DNA of 63,919 bases, the filler included, from Acetivibrio sp. (GTDB lineage Bacteria; Bacillota; Clostridia; Acetivibrionales; Acetivibrionaceae): assembly GCF_035371925.1 (NCBI RefSeq). It is 3 parts of 3 records of this genome, joined end to end, with 100 filler letters (N's around TTAATTAATTAA, not from the genome) between each part and the next. Parts side by side here need not be neighbours in the genome. Positions count along the whole stretch, not along the records: positions 27,527 to 52,522 come from NZ_DAORXT010000037.1; positions 52,623 to 63,919 come from NZ_DAORXT010000089.1; 1 more part is not named here. The stretch is one strand, 5' to 3'. Both the position numbers and the translations under genes were made by a program. Positions 49,052 through 58,135 of this stretch are shown here, in pieces; within the stretch, counting starts at the first letter, position 1, and the number at the start of each line of letters is the position of its first letter. A model generated the notes under the pieces. It was not told the origin of the DNA and ran no database searches. It saw only the letters and a list, made by a program, of their open reading frames with translations.

Positions 49052-51694
49052 ATGAAAATGGATATTATAACCGGCCATGTAAATAGTGATTTTGATTGTC
49101 TTGCGTCCATGATAGCGGCAAACAAGCTCTATCCCCATGCTGTCATGGTGCTTCCGGGGATAATAGGAAAGGATGTAAGAAAATTTTTAAACCTGTACAG
49201 GGACTCATTCAATTTTATATCTGTAAAGGACATAGATATAGACCAAATTGAAAGAATAATTGTTGTGGACACAAACTCAAAATCAAGGCTTGAAAAGCCC
49301 CTTGGCAAATTGTTTGACAAGCCTGATGTTGATATCTTAGTGTATGACCATCATCCTTTATCCGAAAACATGATTGAAACTCAGAAAACCTTCATCAAAG
49401 ACGTGGGAGCATGTGTTACTTTGCTCGTGGATGAAATTCAAAAACTTGGTATTGAAGTTTCTCCTTTGGAAGCAACAGTTTTGGCCCTAGGAATATACGC
49501 CGACACCAACTGTCTGACGCTGCCAAAAACTTCTTCAATGGATGCAAATGCCCTTGCCTTCCTTTTGTCCAAGGGGGCCAATTTGCAGGTTATAGATGAT
49601 TATATGACAAATCCTTTGAGCCTAAGTCAGCAGGTTCTTTTGGAAAAAATGGGCAAAAATATCAAAGTCATAGACATAAATGGCTTTAAAGTGGCTTTTT
49701 CCGCGGCAGAAGCTGAGGAATATGTAGACAATGCGGCTTTTCTGACAAGAAAGCTGCTGGAGGAAAGGGATTACGATGCTTTCTTCTCAATTCTCAGAAT
49801 GGAGGGCAAAACATATATAATCGGAAGAAGCCTTGAAGATGAAATTGATGTAGGGCAGGCAATGACCTTCTTTAACGGCGGCGGGCACACGGGTGCAGGC
49901 TCGGGAAAATCCGATGAAGCCGACCTTGACAAAGTTTTAAGCTCCATTGAAAAAATTCTTAGAGAAAATATTCGCCCGGTGGAAAGAGCAAAAGATATAA
50001 TGAGCTCACCGGTAAAAACCATCTCTTTGGATTCCAGTATAGATGAAGCCGGAAAGATAATGCTAAGGTACGGTCATTCCGGACTTCCGGTGGTAAAAGA
50101 CGGCATTCTTTGCGGAATTATATCCCGAAGGGATGTTGAAAAGGCGCGTTTGCACGGTTTTGGCAACTCTCCCGTCAAAGCATATATGACAAAGAATGTA
50201 ATTACGATAAATCCCGAAACTCCGCTAAAGACAATTGAGGACCTTCTTGTGGAGCACAACATAGGAAGGCTTCCTGTGGTGTCCGGAAACAAACTTTTAG
50301 GCATTGTTACTAGGTCGGATATCATCGCTACTTTCTTTGGTGAAAACTCTCCACGGTGGTATAAAAAGAATTATCTTGACAGTCAAAACTTGGTTCATAA
50401 AAATCAAAATCTGTCCGACAAAATAAATGCTCTTCCCAAAAGGGTAAAAAATCTTCTTATTGAAGCGGGCAAAATTGCAGATGATGAGGGCTTGAACGCA
50501 TATGTTGTTGGAGGTTTTGTGCGCGACCTCATACTTGGAGAGGAAAACTTCGACATTGATATTGTAGTAGAGGGAGATGCCTTAAGGTTTTCCGAAAAAC
50601 TTGCAAATCATTATCAAGCACAACTTACAAAGCACGATAGGTTTGGTACTGCAGTGGTGGTGCTGGAGGATGATTTTAAGATTGATGTGGTAACCGCCCG
50701 GAAAGAATATTATGAATATCCTGCGTCCCTTCCGGTGGTTGAAGGAGGCACTATAAAGGACGACCTCTTTAGAAGAGATTTTACCATAAACAGTATGGCA
50801 ATAAAGCTCAACAAATCGGGATTTGGCAATATAGTAGACTTCTACGGGGGCAGAAAAGACCTTCAGATGGGGCTTATAAGGATATTGTACAACTTAAGTT
50901 TTGTGGAAGACCCTACAAGGATATTTAGAGCTATAAGATTTGAGCAAAGATATGACTTTAAAATGGAGGAAAAAACCGAAGAATTTGCGATAAAGGCAAT
51001 AGAATCGGGTATTCTTGGCAAAGTAAGCCTCGAGAGAATAAACTTTGAGTTCTTTGCAATGCTGAAAGAAAGTAATATTTTAGCTATTTTAGAAAGAATG
51101 GAAAACTTGCGCATATTTAAAATGGTTTATCCCGAAATCAAGCTTACCGACGGTTTAAAGAAGCTTCTAAAAAACGCCGAAGAAGATTTGGCTTATTTTA
51201 GAGAAAAGTTAAAATCCCAAGAAGCTATAGACAGGACTCTTTTGTATTTGCTAATCTTGTATTCCGATATGAGCTTTGAAAATGCCTCCAAATTATCGGA
51301 AAACATGAGGCTTTCAAAAGAATACAAAAGCGAAATACTAAAGCTCATTGAAGTAAAAGACAGGGTACTTTCAAATTTGTCAGGAAATATTGATATGTCC
51401 AATTATCATGTTTATAATGAGTTAAAGGGGGTATCTGTAGAAATTTTGCTCGTGCTATGTATGCTAAGCAGGGAAAAGAAATTAATCGCCAGAATAATCC
51501 TATATATAAATAGCCTAAAAGATATCAAAACACAGGTAACTGGCAAAGATTTAAAGCAGCTGGGAATAGAACCGGGCCCTGAATATGCGCTCCTTCTTGA
51601 AAAGGTTCTTGCAGAAAAACTCAACGGCAATCTGCAAACCTATAACGATGAGCTTGCGTTTCTTAAAAAAATAATTAATGAAGAAAAAAAATAG
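49052..51694 (+). CDS. DHH-DHHA1-CBS-CBS-class II tRNA nucleotidyltransferase (A- or CCA-adding type)
   Basis: GHVNSDFD, YDHH, GGGHTGAG; two CBS domains; VVGGFVRD..DIDIV, RRDFTIN, EDPTRIFRAIRF. Confidence 0.9.
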   Translation: MKMDIITGHVNSDFDCLASMIAANKLYPHAVMVLPGIIGKDVRKFLNLYRDSFNFISVKDIDIDQIERIIVVDTNSKSRLEKPLGKLFDKPDVDILVYDHHPLSENMIETQKTFIKDVGACVTLLVDEIQKLGIEVSPLEATVLALGIYADTNCLTLPKTSSMDANALAFLLSKGANLQVIDDYMTNPLSLSQQVLLEKMGKNIKVIDINGFKVAFSAAEAEEYVDNAAFLTRKLLEERDYDAFFSILRMEGKTYIIGRSLEDEIDVGQAMTFFNGGGHTGAGSGKSDEADLDKVLSSIEKILRENIRPVERAKDIMSSPVKTISLDSSIDEAGKIMLRYGHSGLPVVKDGILCGIISRRDVEKARLHGFGNSPVKAYMTKNVITINPETPLKTIEDLLVEHNIGRLPVVSGNKLLGIVTRSDIIATFFGENSPRWYKKNYLDSQNLVHKNQNLSDKINALPKRVKNLLIEAGKIADDEGLNAYVVGGFVRDLILGEENFDIDIVVEGDALRFSEKLANHYQAQLTKHDRFGTAVVVLEDDFKIDVVTARKEYYEYPASLPVVEGGTIKDDLFRRDFTINSMAIKLNKSGFGNIVDFYGGRKDLQMGLIRILYNLSFVEDPTRIFRAIRFEQRYDFKMEEKTEEFAIKAIESGILGKVSLERINFEFFAMLKESNILAILERMENLRIFKMVYPEIKLTDGLKKLLKNAEEDLAYFREKLKSQEAIDRTLLYLLILYSDMSFENASKLSENMRLSKEYKSEILKLIEVKDRVLSNLSGNIDMSNYHVYNELKGVSVEILLVLCMLSREKKLIARIILYINSLKDIKTQVTGKDLKQLGIEPGPEYALLLEKVLAEKLNGNLQTYNDELAFLKKIINEEKK

Positions 51695-51718
51695 TATTGT
51701 ATTTTTAAGGAGAAGAAA

Positions 51719-52390
51719 ATGTTGTTACAGCAATTTAAAAACAGTCCGGAATTGATAATTTACTGGTTTATGATTTTTGCTTTTTCCATATCGGTTCATG
51801 AGTCGGCTCATGCTTATGTTGCCTATCGTTTAGGGGACTCGACGGCTAAAGACAAAGGAAGAATTACAATTGACCCGTTAAAACACCTTGATTTACTGGG
51901 AACAATCATGATGTTAATCAGTTTTATAGGATGGGCAAAGCCTGTGCCTATAAATTCGTCCAATTTTAAAAATAAAAAAGCCGGTACCATTTTGGTAAGT
52001 CTGGCAGGTCCGCTTTCCAATTTTATTCTGGGAGTATTTTTTGCTATTCCTCTTGCTTATGTAAGTTTAAAGTATTATCCCTTGGATTATAGCCCCTTAA
52101 GTCCGGTGGTAATTATTTATAATTTTGCCTTCTATGGCTTTATTATGAATATAGCTTTGGCAGTTTTTAATTTTCTGCCATTGCCGCCCCTTGACGGCTC
52201 TAAGATATTTACTGCCGTTTTGCCGTCAAAATATTATTTTAAAATTTCGCAATACCATAATACTGCTTTTATTATTCTGATATTATTGTCTTATACCGGA
52301 TGGCTGGACAAAATAATTACTCCGGTTATTGATGGGGTGCAAAGTGCCATATTCGCTGTAATTGTACCCATAATAAAGCTTATTGTATAA
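51719..52390 (+). CDS. Site-2 protease (peptidase M50)
   Basis: HESAH, AGPLSN, NFLPLPPLDG. Confidence 0.92.
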   Translation: MLLQQFKNSPELIIYWFMIFAFSISVHESAHAYVAYRLGDSTAKDKGRITIDPLKHLDLLGTIMMLISFIGWAKPVPINSSNFKNKKAGTILVSLAGPLSNFILGVFFAIPLAYVSLKYYPLDYSPLSPVVIIYNFAFYGFIMNIALAVFNFLPLPPLDGSKIFTAVLPSKYYFKISQYHNTAFIILILLSYTGWLDKIITPVIDGVQSAIFAVIVPIIKLIV

Positions 52391-52400
52391 AAAATATGAT

Positions 52401-52429
52401 TAGACTTTAATATAAAAAAAAGATATAAT
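52401..52429 (+). promoter_or_regulatory. Sigma-A promoter cut off from its gene by the repeat insertion
   Basis: TAGACT-N17-TATAAT about 40 bp before the repeat. Confidence 0.5.
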
Positions 52430-52470
52430 TTATTACTGTAAGAATCATATGACAAGATTTATTTTATATA

Positions 52471-52522
52471 GGAGCATTCCTGTAATGAAACAAAATGATC
52501 TTTGAAAAAGAAGATGCCAGGC
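52471..52522 (+). mobile_element. End of a multicopy element (probable IS terminus), copy A
   Basis: 52471-52520 is the exact reverse complement of 52623-52672; the contig ends within it. Confidence 0.7.
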
Positions 52523-52622
52523 NNNNNNNNNNNNNNNNNNNNNNNNNNNNNNNNNNNNNNNNNNNNTTAATTAATTAANNNNNNNNNNNNNNNNNNNNNN
52601 NNNNNNNNNNNNNNNNNNNNNN
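52523..52622. other. Artificial scaffold spacer (assembly gap 2)
   Basis: N44-TTAATTAATTAA-N44. Confidence 0.97.
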
Positions 52623-52672
52623 CTGGCATCTTCTTTTTCAAAGATCATTTTGTTTCATTACAGGAATGCTCC
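52623..52672 (-). mobile_element. End of the same multicopy element, copy B, inserted into ORF 52638-53021
   Basis: The last codons of that ORF (WSIPVMKQNDL-stop) are read from the repeat. Confidence 0.7.
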
Positions 52673-53021
52673 ATTCTTTATTAAAGTAAATATCATTCAT
52701 TGGTTTTTCAAATGCTTTAATAACATGGGCAATCCGTTCTCGGTTATTTTTCAATTTACATTTATAGAAATTGATTTTAAAGTAAAAAATAGCATTTTCA
52801 ATTCGACGATAGGAATATATAGAATCTTCAAGACCGAGCAATTCTCTAATTTGATTTAAATTGAACATTATTTCTTCGCCTAGTTCAATTTGGTGCCTTC
52901 CCAGAAATAAAATAACAGTTAAAGTTTTTAAATTGAAATTATTTGCATCAATCAAGATATTACTTTTGTCCCACACTTTTTTAAAAAAAGTTTCAAATTT
53001 TGTACTATCCATAGTAAACAC
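52638..53021 (-). pseudogene. Island gene interrupted by the repeat; weak resemblance to winged-helix Rep_3-type initiators
   Basis: RBS GGAAGG; about 116 native codons; FNLNQIRELLGLEDSIY..IYFNKE pattern (recalled similarity only). Confidence 0.45.
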
Positions 53022-53241
53022 CCTTCCAAATTAAATAAGACATATTATATCATAAAAAAATAAGGGCTTTTTTTAATATAAAATGGTATTCTATTTTCTC
53101 TTAGAAGAACAAACTCGCAAGTAAAATAAAAATACTATCAAAAATACAAGCAAATGACTAGTTTGATATCATTCTCTGGATTTTCGTGTTATTCTAAAAA
53201 AAATTTTTTAGTTAAAAAATAAAATAAATAGTCCTTATCCA

Positions 53242-55359
53242 TCAGGTAAGAACCTTTTCATTTTGCAGTACTTTTTTTAAGAAATACTTGAATTTAAATT
53301 CCTCATATGTTTTATCAAAGTTTTTGATTATTTCATCCAGCGTTATATTTTCCGATACTTGCTCAGTTTCCTCTAAACATTCATCAATAAGTTCTTCAAT
53401 GAATTCATCATTACTCTTATCTCTGGTAGCATCCAATTCTTTTATATAATTCCGAAACCTGCTGCTCACATGACTTGATTCTATATCCTTTAGGTATTCT
53501 TCTACATCGCCATAATGCTGTTCTAATATATTCAATTCCTTCCCCTTTGTTTTGAGGTAGTTATTAAATTCTTTGAAATCCTGAACTCCAAGAATCTTGC
53601 AAAGCCCTACAGTACTGGAATACTGATTATATTCAATTTCTTTAATTTCTAATTTTTTTGGTCCATATCTTGCATTACTGATAGTGTTTATTACAATCCT
53701 TGAATAAACTTTTTCAAGTAGTTGTCTTTTTTGCAATAGTGGTAATGAAGAAAAATAGTCTTCTATATTGTCAAACTGTTCTTGTTCCCGACTTTCCTTT
53801 AACAGGGCTTCTTTACGTCTTTCTGCTTGTTTGATATTATTTTGCTGTTCCGTTATTAGTTGTTGAACTTTTGCAATATCAATTTCTGTGTCATTTATCA
53901 TTTTCTGAAGCCTTTCATATTTAAAGGTTCCAGAATCCTCTAATAGTTGGCGTTCAATCAAAGTATCCAACTTTGATACTAACCTAGTTTTATTTTTCTC
54001 AAGTATCTTTATTTCATCTTTAATTTTGGCAATCTCCTTATCAAAAAGCATTTGTTCATCAGTTCCGTATTTCTCGTAAATATATTGCTGATATTCTTTA
54101 ACTAACATAAATGCTTCTTTAAGTCGCTTAAAAAAATCTTCTTTTATCAGATTAAACGCTCGCTCTTCTTGTACTGAATAATAGCCATCGCAGTAGTTCC
54201 GACCCGCATTAAAACTATTGCATTTATAATATACTTTTGCTTTACCTCTTTTTCCATTGGCCAATTTAGGTGCTGGCTGTAGAGAGGATGTCATTCTTCC
54301 GCCACATCCAGGACATCTTAAAATATTTATAAACATTTTTTTATTTGCATCGTCAAACTGCTGTTTTGTAATCCCACGCATGGCATCTGCTGTATTTTCA
54401 TTTACTCTAACTTTTCTTCTGCTGCGTAAACGCTCTAATGCTTCAAGAAAAACATCTTCCGGAATTATTGCTTGATGGTTTCCTAAAGGCAAATCATAAA
54501 AGTTTACATCAAATATAGTTTTCTTTTCCCAAACCCGCACACCTTCTTCTGTTTTTTTCTTCTGCCTACGTTTTGCCCAAAAAAGTCTCGAACAATATAC
54601 AGGATTTTCTAAAATTTTTTGAACAGTTGCAGTTGCAAATTGTTTTCCCGCTCTTGTTTTATAACCATGTAAATTTAGGTGCTGGGCTACATTTTTTATA
54701 CTATACTTTTCTCTAACAAACAAAGTAAAAATCAATTCTACTATAGGTTTTTCTTCTTCATTTACAATAAGCCTCTTCTTTATATCTCTTTTCTTTGTTT
54801 TGCTGTTTTGATTTTCTTGAAAGTTATTTTCTTGCTTTACTGAATAATACTCATATTTGTATCCATAGGGAGGCGGCCCTCCAAAATAATTCCCCGCTTC
54901 TACAGATTTACTCATGCCGTCAATTACCCTTTCCCTAAGTTGGTCAATAAATAACTCATTGAGCATGCTGTAGATACTTACCATAATTTTTGCATTTTGC
55001 CCATTTATATCCCCATTAAAAGCGCCATCGCAGGTGTAAAGTCTTAAATTATTTTCCTTCAATAATTTGAAAATCTGAAGTGTATGGCTGATACTTCTAC
55101 TGATACGGCTTAAATCATAGCAGCAAATACCATCATACTGCCCTTTTTCTAACTTATCCAACAGTTCTTTTAATTGGTCTCTCTCTAGTATAGTTGTTCC
55201 AGATATTCCAGCATCACAATAGAAATCAATATCTGCATCATTATATCCTTTGCTTTTTAAAAGAAAAATGCATCTCTCTTTTTGCACATCCAAGGAATAA
55301 GCATCATCTGCAGCCTGTCGTGCCGATGAAACCCTTGTATATACTGCAATTTTACCCAT
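53242..55359 (-). CDS. Large serine recombinase (integrase) with a long C-terminal extension
   Basis: VYTRVSS (catalytic Ser), DAGISG, DLSRISR; recombinase domain GGPPPYGY; zinc ribbon CPGCG..YYKC..C; coiled coil; RBS GGAAGGAGG. Confidence 0.95.
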   Translation of the reverse strand: MGKIAVYTRVSSARQAADDAYSLDVQKERCIFLLKSKGYNDADIDFYCDAGISGTTILERDQLKELLDKLEKGQYDGICCYDLSRISRSISHTLQIFKLLKENNLRLYTCDGAFNGDINGQNAKIMVSIYSMLNELFIDQLRERVIDGMSKSVEAGNYFGGPPPYGYKYEYYSVKQENNFQENQNSKTKKRDIKKRLIVNEEEKPIVELIFTLFVREKYSIKNVAQHLNLHGYKTRAGKQFATATVQKILENPVYCSRLFWAKRRQKKKTEEGVRVWEKKTIFDVNFYDLPLGNHQAIIPEDVFLEALERLRSRRKVRVNENTADAMRGITKQQFDDANKKMFINILRCPGCGGRMTSSLQPAPKLANGKRGKAKVYYKCNSFNAGRNYCDGYYSVQEERAFNLIKEDFFKRLKEAFMLVKEYQQYIYEKYGTDEQMLFDKEIAKIKDEIKILEKNKTRLVSKLDTLIERQLLEDSGTFKYERLQKMINDTEIDIAKVQQLITEQQNNIKQAERRKEALLKESREQEQFDNIEDYFSSLPLLQKRQLLEKVYSRIVINTISNARYGPKKLEIKEIEYNQYSSTVGLCKILGVQDFKEFNNYLKTKGKELNILEQHYGDVEEYLKDIESSHVSSRFRNYIKELDATRDKSNDEFIEELIDECLEETEQVSENITLDEIIKNFDKTYEEFKFKYFLKKVLQNEKVLT

Positions 55360-55447
55360 AACAACATGCCTCCTTCCTGCGCTTCTCTTCTGTTCTTAGC
55401 ATAACACATGAAAAGCACGGGTAATTTGGAGTCATGTATTCGGTAAA

Positions 55448-55918
55448 TCACGGCTCACCGTTAATAATTTTAAACGACCTGTACAACTGTTCGAGAAGTA
55501 TCAATCTTGTCAATTGATGCGGAAATGTCATATCCGAAAGGGAAAGCCTAAAGTCCGCAATATTAAGAAGCTCTTTGTCTATCCCCAATGACCCTCCGAT
55601 TACAAAAGTGATATTGGATTTGCCAGAAATAAAAAATGACTCTATCTTGCGGGCCAATTCCTCTGAAGTCACCTTTTTGCCGCGAACATCCAGGACAATA
55701 AGGGTGGAACCTTCTTTAATCCTCTTAATAATCCTTTCGGCCTCTCGTTTTTTTACCTGTTCCTCCTGCAGGCTGCTAAGGTTTTCCGGCGCCTGCTCGT
55801 CATCAACTTCAATTATTTCCAGATTACAAAACCTGGAAAGTCTTTTGCTATACTCATTTATTCCTTCTTTCAAATACTTTTCCTTTATCTTTCCTACTCC
55901 AATTACTGTGATTTTCAT
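55448..55918 (-). CDS. rlmH: 23S rRNA m3-pseudouridine-1915 methyltransferase, C-terminally short (ends GEP-stop)
   Basis: MKITVIGVGKIKEKYL, FVIGGSLG, SDMTFPHQLTRLILLEQLYRSFKI; terminal YHK absent. Confidence 0.93.
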   Translation of the reverse strand: MKITVIGVGKIKEKYLKEGINEYSKRLSRFCNLEIIEVDDEQAPENLSSLQEEQVKKREAERIIKRIKEGSTLIVLDVRGKKVTSEELARKIESFFISGKSNITFVIGGSLGIDKELLNIADFRLSLSDMTFPHQLTRLILLEQLYRSFKIINGEP

Positions 55919-55937
55919 TTCCTTATGCTGCTCCGTT

Positions 55938-56729
55938 TTAAATTTCTACCACTTGACCGACTCTGTCCCTTAAAGCCACGGAAAGCCTTATATCCCTTTC
56001 TATATCTATGTTCTTCTCTTTCAGTATGTTGCGCACAGTCTCATAGGCCAGCTCCGGAAAATTGTTTTCCTTGCTCAAATGCCCCAACAAGAAACACTTT
56101 GTCCCCTTCTGCGCAAGATGCGCCACTACTTTTCCCGCCATTTCATTGGACAGATGGCCCCTGTCCCCCAATATTCTCTTCTTGAGGTGCCAAGGGTACG
56201 GACCTACCATCAACATTTCTATGTCGTGATTTGACTCTATAAGCAAAAGATCGCTTCCCTCGATACATTCCAAAAGTTTATTATTCATATGCCCAATGTC
56301 CGTAGCCGTAGTTATCTTGTTGTTGCCCACGAAGAAGTTAAAACCCACAGGTTCCGCAGCATCATGGGGTATGGGAAAGGGGTTCACAAGCACATTCCCT
56401 ATCTCAAATTCCCTTCCCGTGTTAAAATACATTTTATTCTTGGCATTTACCGGCCCTATAAGATTCTCCATAGCCGCCCACGTATTCTCGTTTGCATAAA
56501 TCGGAACATCATACTTTCTTGAAATTATGCCTGCTCCTCTAATATGGTCACTGTGTTCGTGGGACACTAAAATAGCGCTTAATTCCGAGGGCTTTTCGCC
56601 AATTGAAACAAGCGCTTCTGTAATTTTTTTACCGCTAAGTCCAGCATCAATCAAAATTTTAGTTTTACCGGCCGCCAGGAAAACCGCATTGCCGCTGCTT
56701 CCGCTGTATAAGCTGCAAAATCTAATCAT
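55938..56729 (-). CDS. yycJ: MBL-fold hydrolase YycJ/WalJ
   Basis: SLYSGSSGN, SHEHSDH, IPHDA, TDIGH, ESNHD, HLSNE, HLSKENN. Confidence 0.9.
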   Translation of the reverse strand: MIRFCSLYSGSSGNAVFLAAGKTKILIDAGLSGKKITEALVSIGEKPSELSAILVSHEHSDHIRGAGIISRKYDVPIYANENTWAAMENLIGPVNAKNKMYFNTGREFEIGNVLVNPFPIPHDAAEPVGFNFFVGNNKITTATDIGHMNNKLLECIEGSDLLLIESNHDIEMLMVGPYPWHLKKRILGDRGHLSNEMAGKVVAHLAQKGTKCFLLGHLSKENNFPELAYETVRNILKEKNIDIERDIRLSVALRDRVGQVVEI

Positions 56730-56759
56730 TTGTAATCTCCCAACTATTAATCCGTTCTG

Positions 56760-58013
56760 CTATTTTCTTACTATCTTTGCACCCAGCCTTTTTAGCTTTC
56801 CTTCGATATTCTCATAACCTCTGTCTATGTATTTTATATTATACACCTCAGTCTCGCCCTCTGCAACAAGTCCGGCTATAACCAAAGCCGCTCCGGCTCT
56901 TAAATCCGTAGCCCTGACAGGTGCTCCCGTGAGCTTTTCCACTCCCTCAAAAATTGCTATTCTGCCCTCAACTTTGATTTTAGCTCCCATTCTTTTAAGC
57001 TCATCCACATACTGAAACCTTGAATCCCAAATTCCTTCGGTTACAGTACTTGTTCCGTCGGCAAGGCAAAGCAAAACCGATGTCGGAGGATGCAGGTCGG
57101 TTGGAAATCCGGGATAAGGCAGTGTCTTGATATTTGCCCTTTCTATTTTGTCGGCACCGACAACCCTTACATAGTCTCCGCCTTCCTGAATCTTTACATT
57201 CATTTCAACAAGCTTTGCACTCAAAGACTCTATATGTCTCGGTATTATGTTTCTAACAGTTACATCTCCTTTTGTCGCAGCCGCGGCAACCATAAATGTT
57301 CCGGCCTCTATCATGTCGGGAATTATTGAATGGCATGCTCCTCCCGGCAAACCGTCAACACCCTTTATCTTTATAACATCGGTTCCCGCACCCTTTATAT
57401 TGGCCCCCATAGCGTTGAGGAAATTGGCTACATCAACCACATGGGGCTCTTTCGAGGCGTTTTCAATAATTGTCGTCCCCTCAGCCTTTACAGCTGCGAG
57501 CATAATGTTAATTGTAGCCCCAACGCTTACCACATCCATGTATATCTGGCATCCAACCAACTTTTCGGCTTCCAGCCTTACAACACCATGATCTATTTTA
57601 ACTTTTGCACCTAATGCCTCAAATCCTTTAATATGCTGATCTATAGGTCTAAATCCAAAATCGCATCCTCCCGGCAGCGAAACCTCGGCTTTTTTAAACC
57701 TGCCCAAAAGTGCTCCCATTAAGTAGTAAGATGCCCTTAAGCTTTTTACCATATCATAAGTAGCAGTATACGACTTTATATTCTGAGAATTTATTGAAAG
57801 GGTATCCTTGCTTTCAAAATTAACCCCAGCACCCAAGTCTTTTAATATGCTAATAAGTGTTTTTACATCGCTAATGTCAGGAATATTCTCTATCGTGCAC
57901 TGTCCGTCAACCAGTATCGCTGCTGGAATAACTGCAACAACAGAATTCTTCGCTCCGCTTACGCTGACCTCACCTTCGAGAGGCCTTCCTCCCGCAATAA
58001 CAAACTTTTCCAA
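56760..58013 (-). CDS. murA: UDP-N-acetylglucosamine 1-carboxyvinyltransferase (MurAB/MurZ type)
   Basis: [50 protein letters not shown]; probable TTG start at 58013. Confidence 0.95.
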   Translation of the reverse strand: MEKFVIAGGRPLEGEVSVSGAKNSVVAVIPAAILVDGQCTIENIPDISDVKTLISILKDLGAGVNFESKDTLSINSQNIKSYTATYDMVKSLRASYYLMGALLGRFKKAEVSLPGGCDFGFRPIDQHIKGFEALGAKVKIDHGVVRLEAEKLVGCQIYMDVVSVGATINIMLAAVKAEGTTIIENASKEPHVVDVANFLNAMGANIKGAGTDVIKIKGVDGLPGGACHSIIPDMIEAGTFMVAAAATKGDVTVRNIIPRHIESLSAKLVEMNVKIQEGGDYVRVVGADKIERANIKTLPYPGFPTDLHPPTSVLLCLADGTSTVTEGIWDSRFQYVDELKRMGAKIKVEGRIAIFEGVEKLTGAPVRATDLRAGAALVIAGLVAEGETEVYNIKYIDRGYENIEGKLKRLGAKIVRK

Positions 58014-58135
58014 GTAATACGCCCCCACTCGTATACTGTTTCAAAATCTATTTTCATATCTATCTTAGTCAATTATACTACTAAACAGTATCGTTTGCCT
58101 ACTATAAATTTAAATAATTTATCTTTCGCATAGTT

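Larger units (their letters stand above)
52623..55450 (-). mobile_element. Visible end of an SCC-like genomic island integrated at the 3' end of rlmH
   Basis: Large serine recombinase begins 89 bp after the rlmH stop in the same orientation; visibly more AT-rich than flanking core genes; rlmH is a known serine-integrase target (staphylococcal orfX). Confidence 0.75.

Noticed and set aside
48895..49052. 6S RNA
   Set aside because: Rod-like pairing is present, but it lacks the GGGAGC and CCCACCUG/GGUUCA motifs I associate with Firmicute 6S RNA and it overlaps the downstream RBS.
52471..52672. Hairpin telomere, cruciform, or one intact IS with 50-bp TIRs
   Set aside because: The symmetry centre is an artificial gap and no target-site duplication is visible, so two collapsed repeat ends is the simpler reading (kept as a finding in that form).
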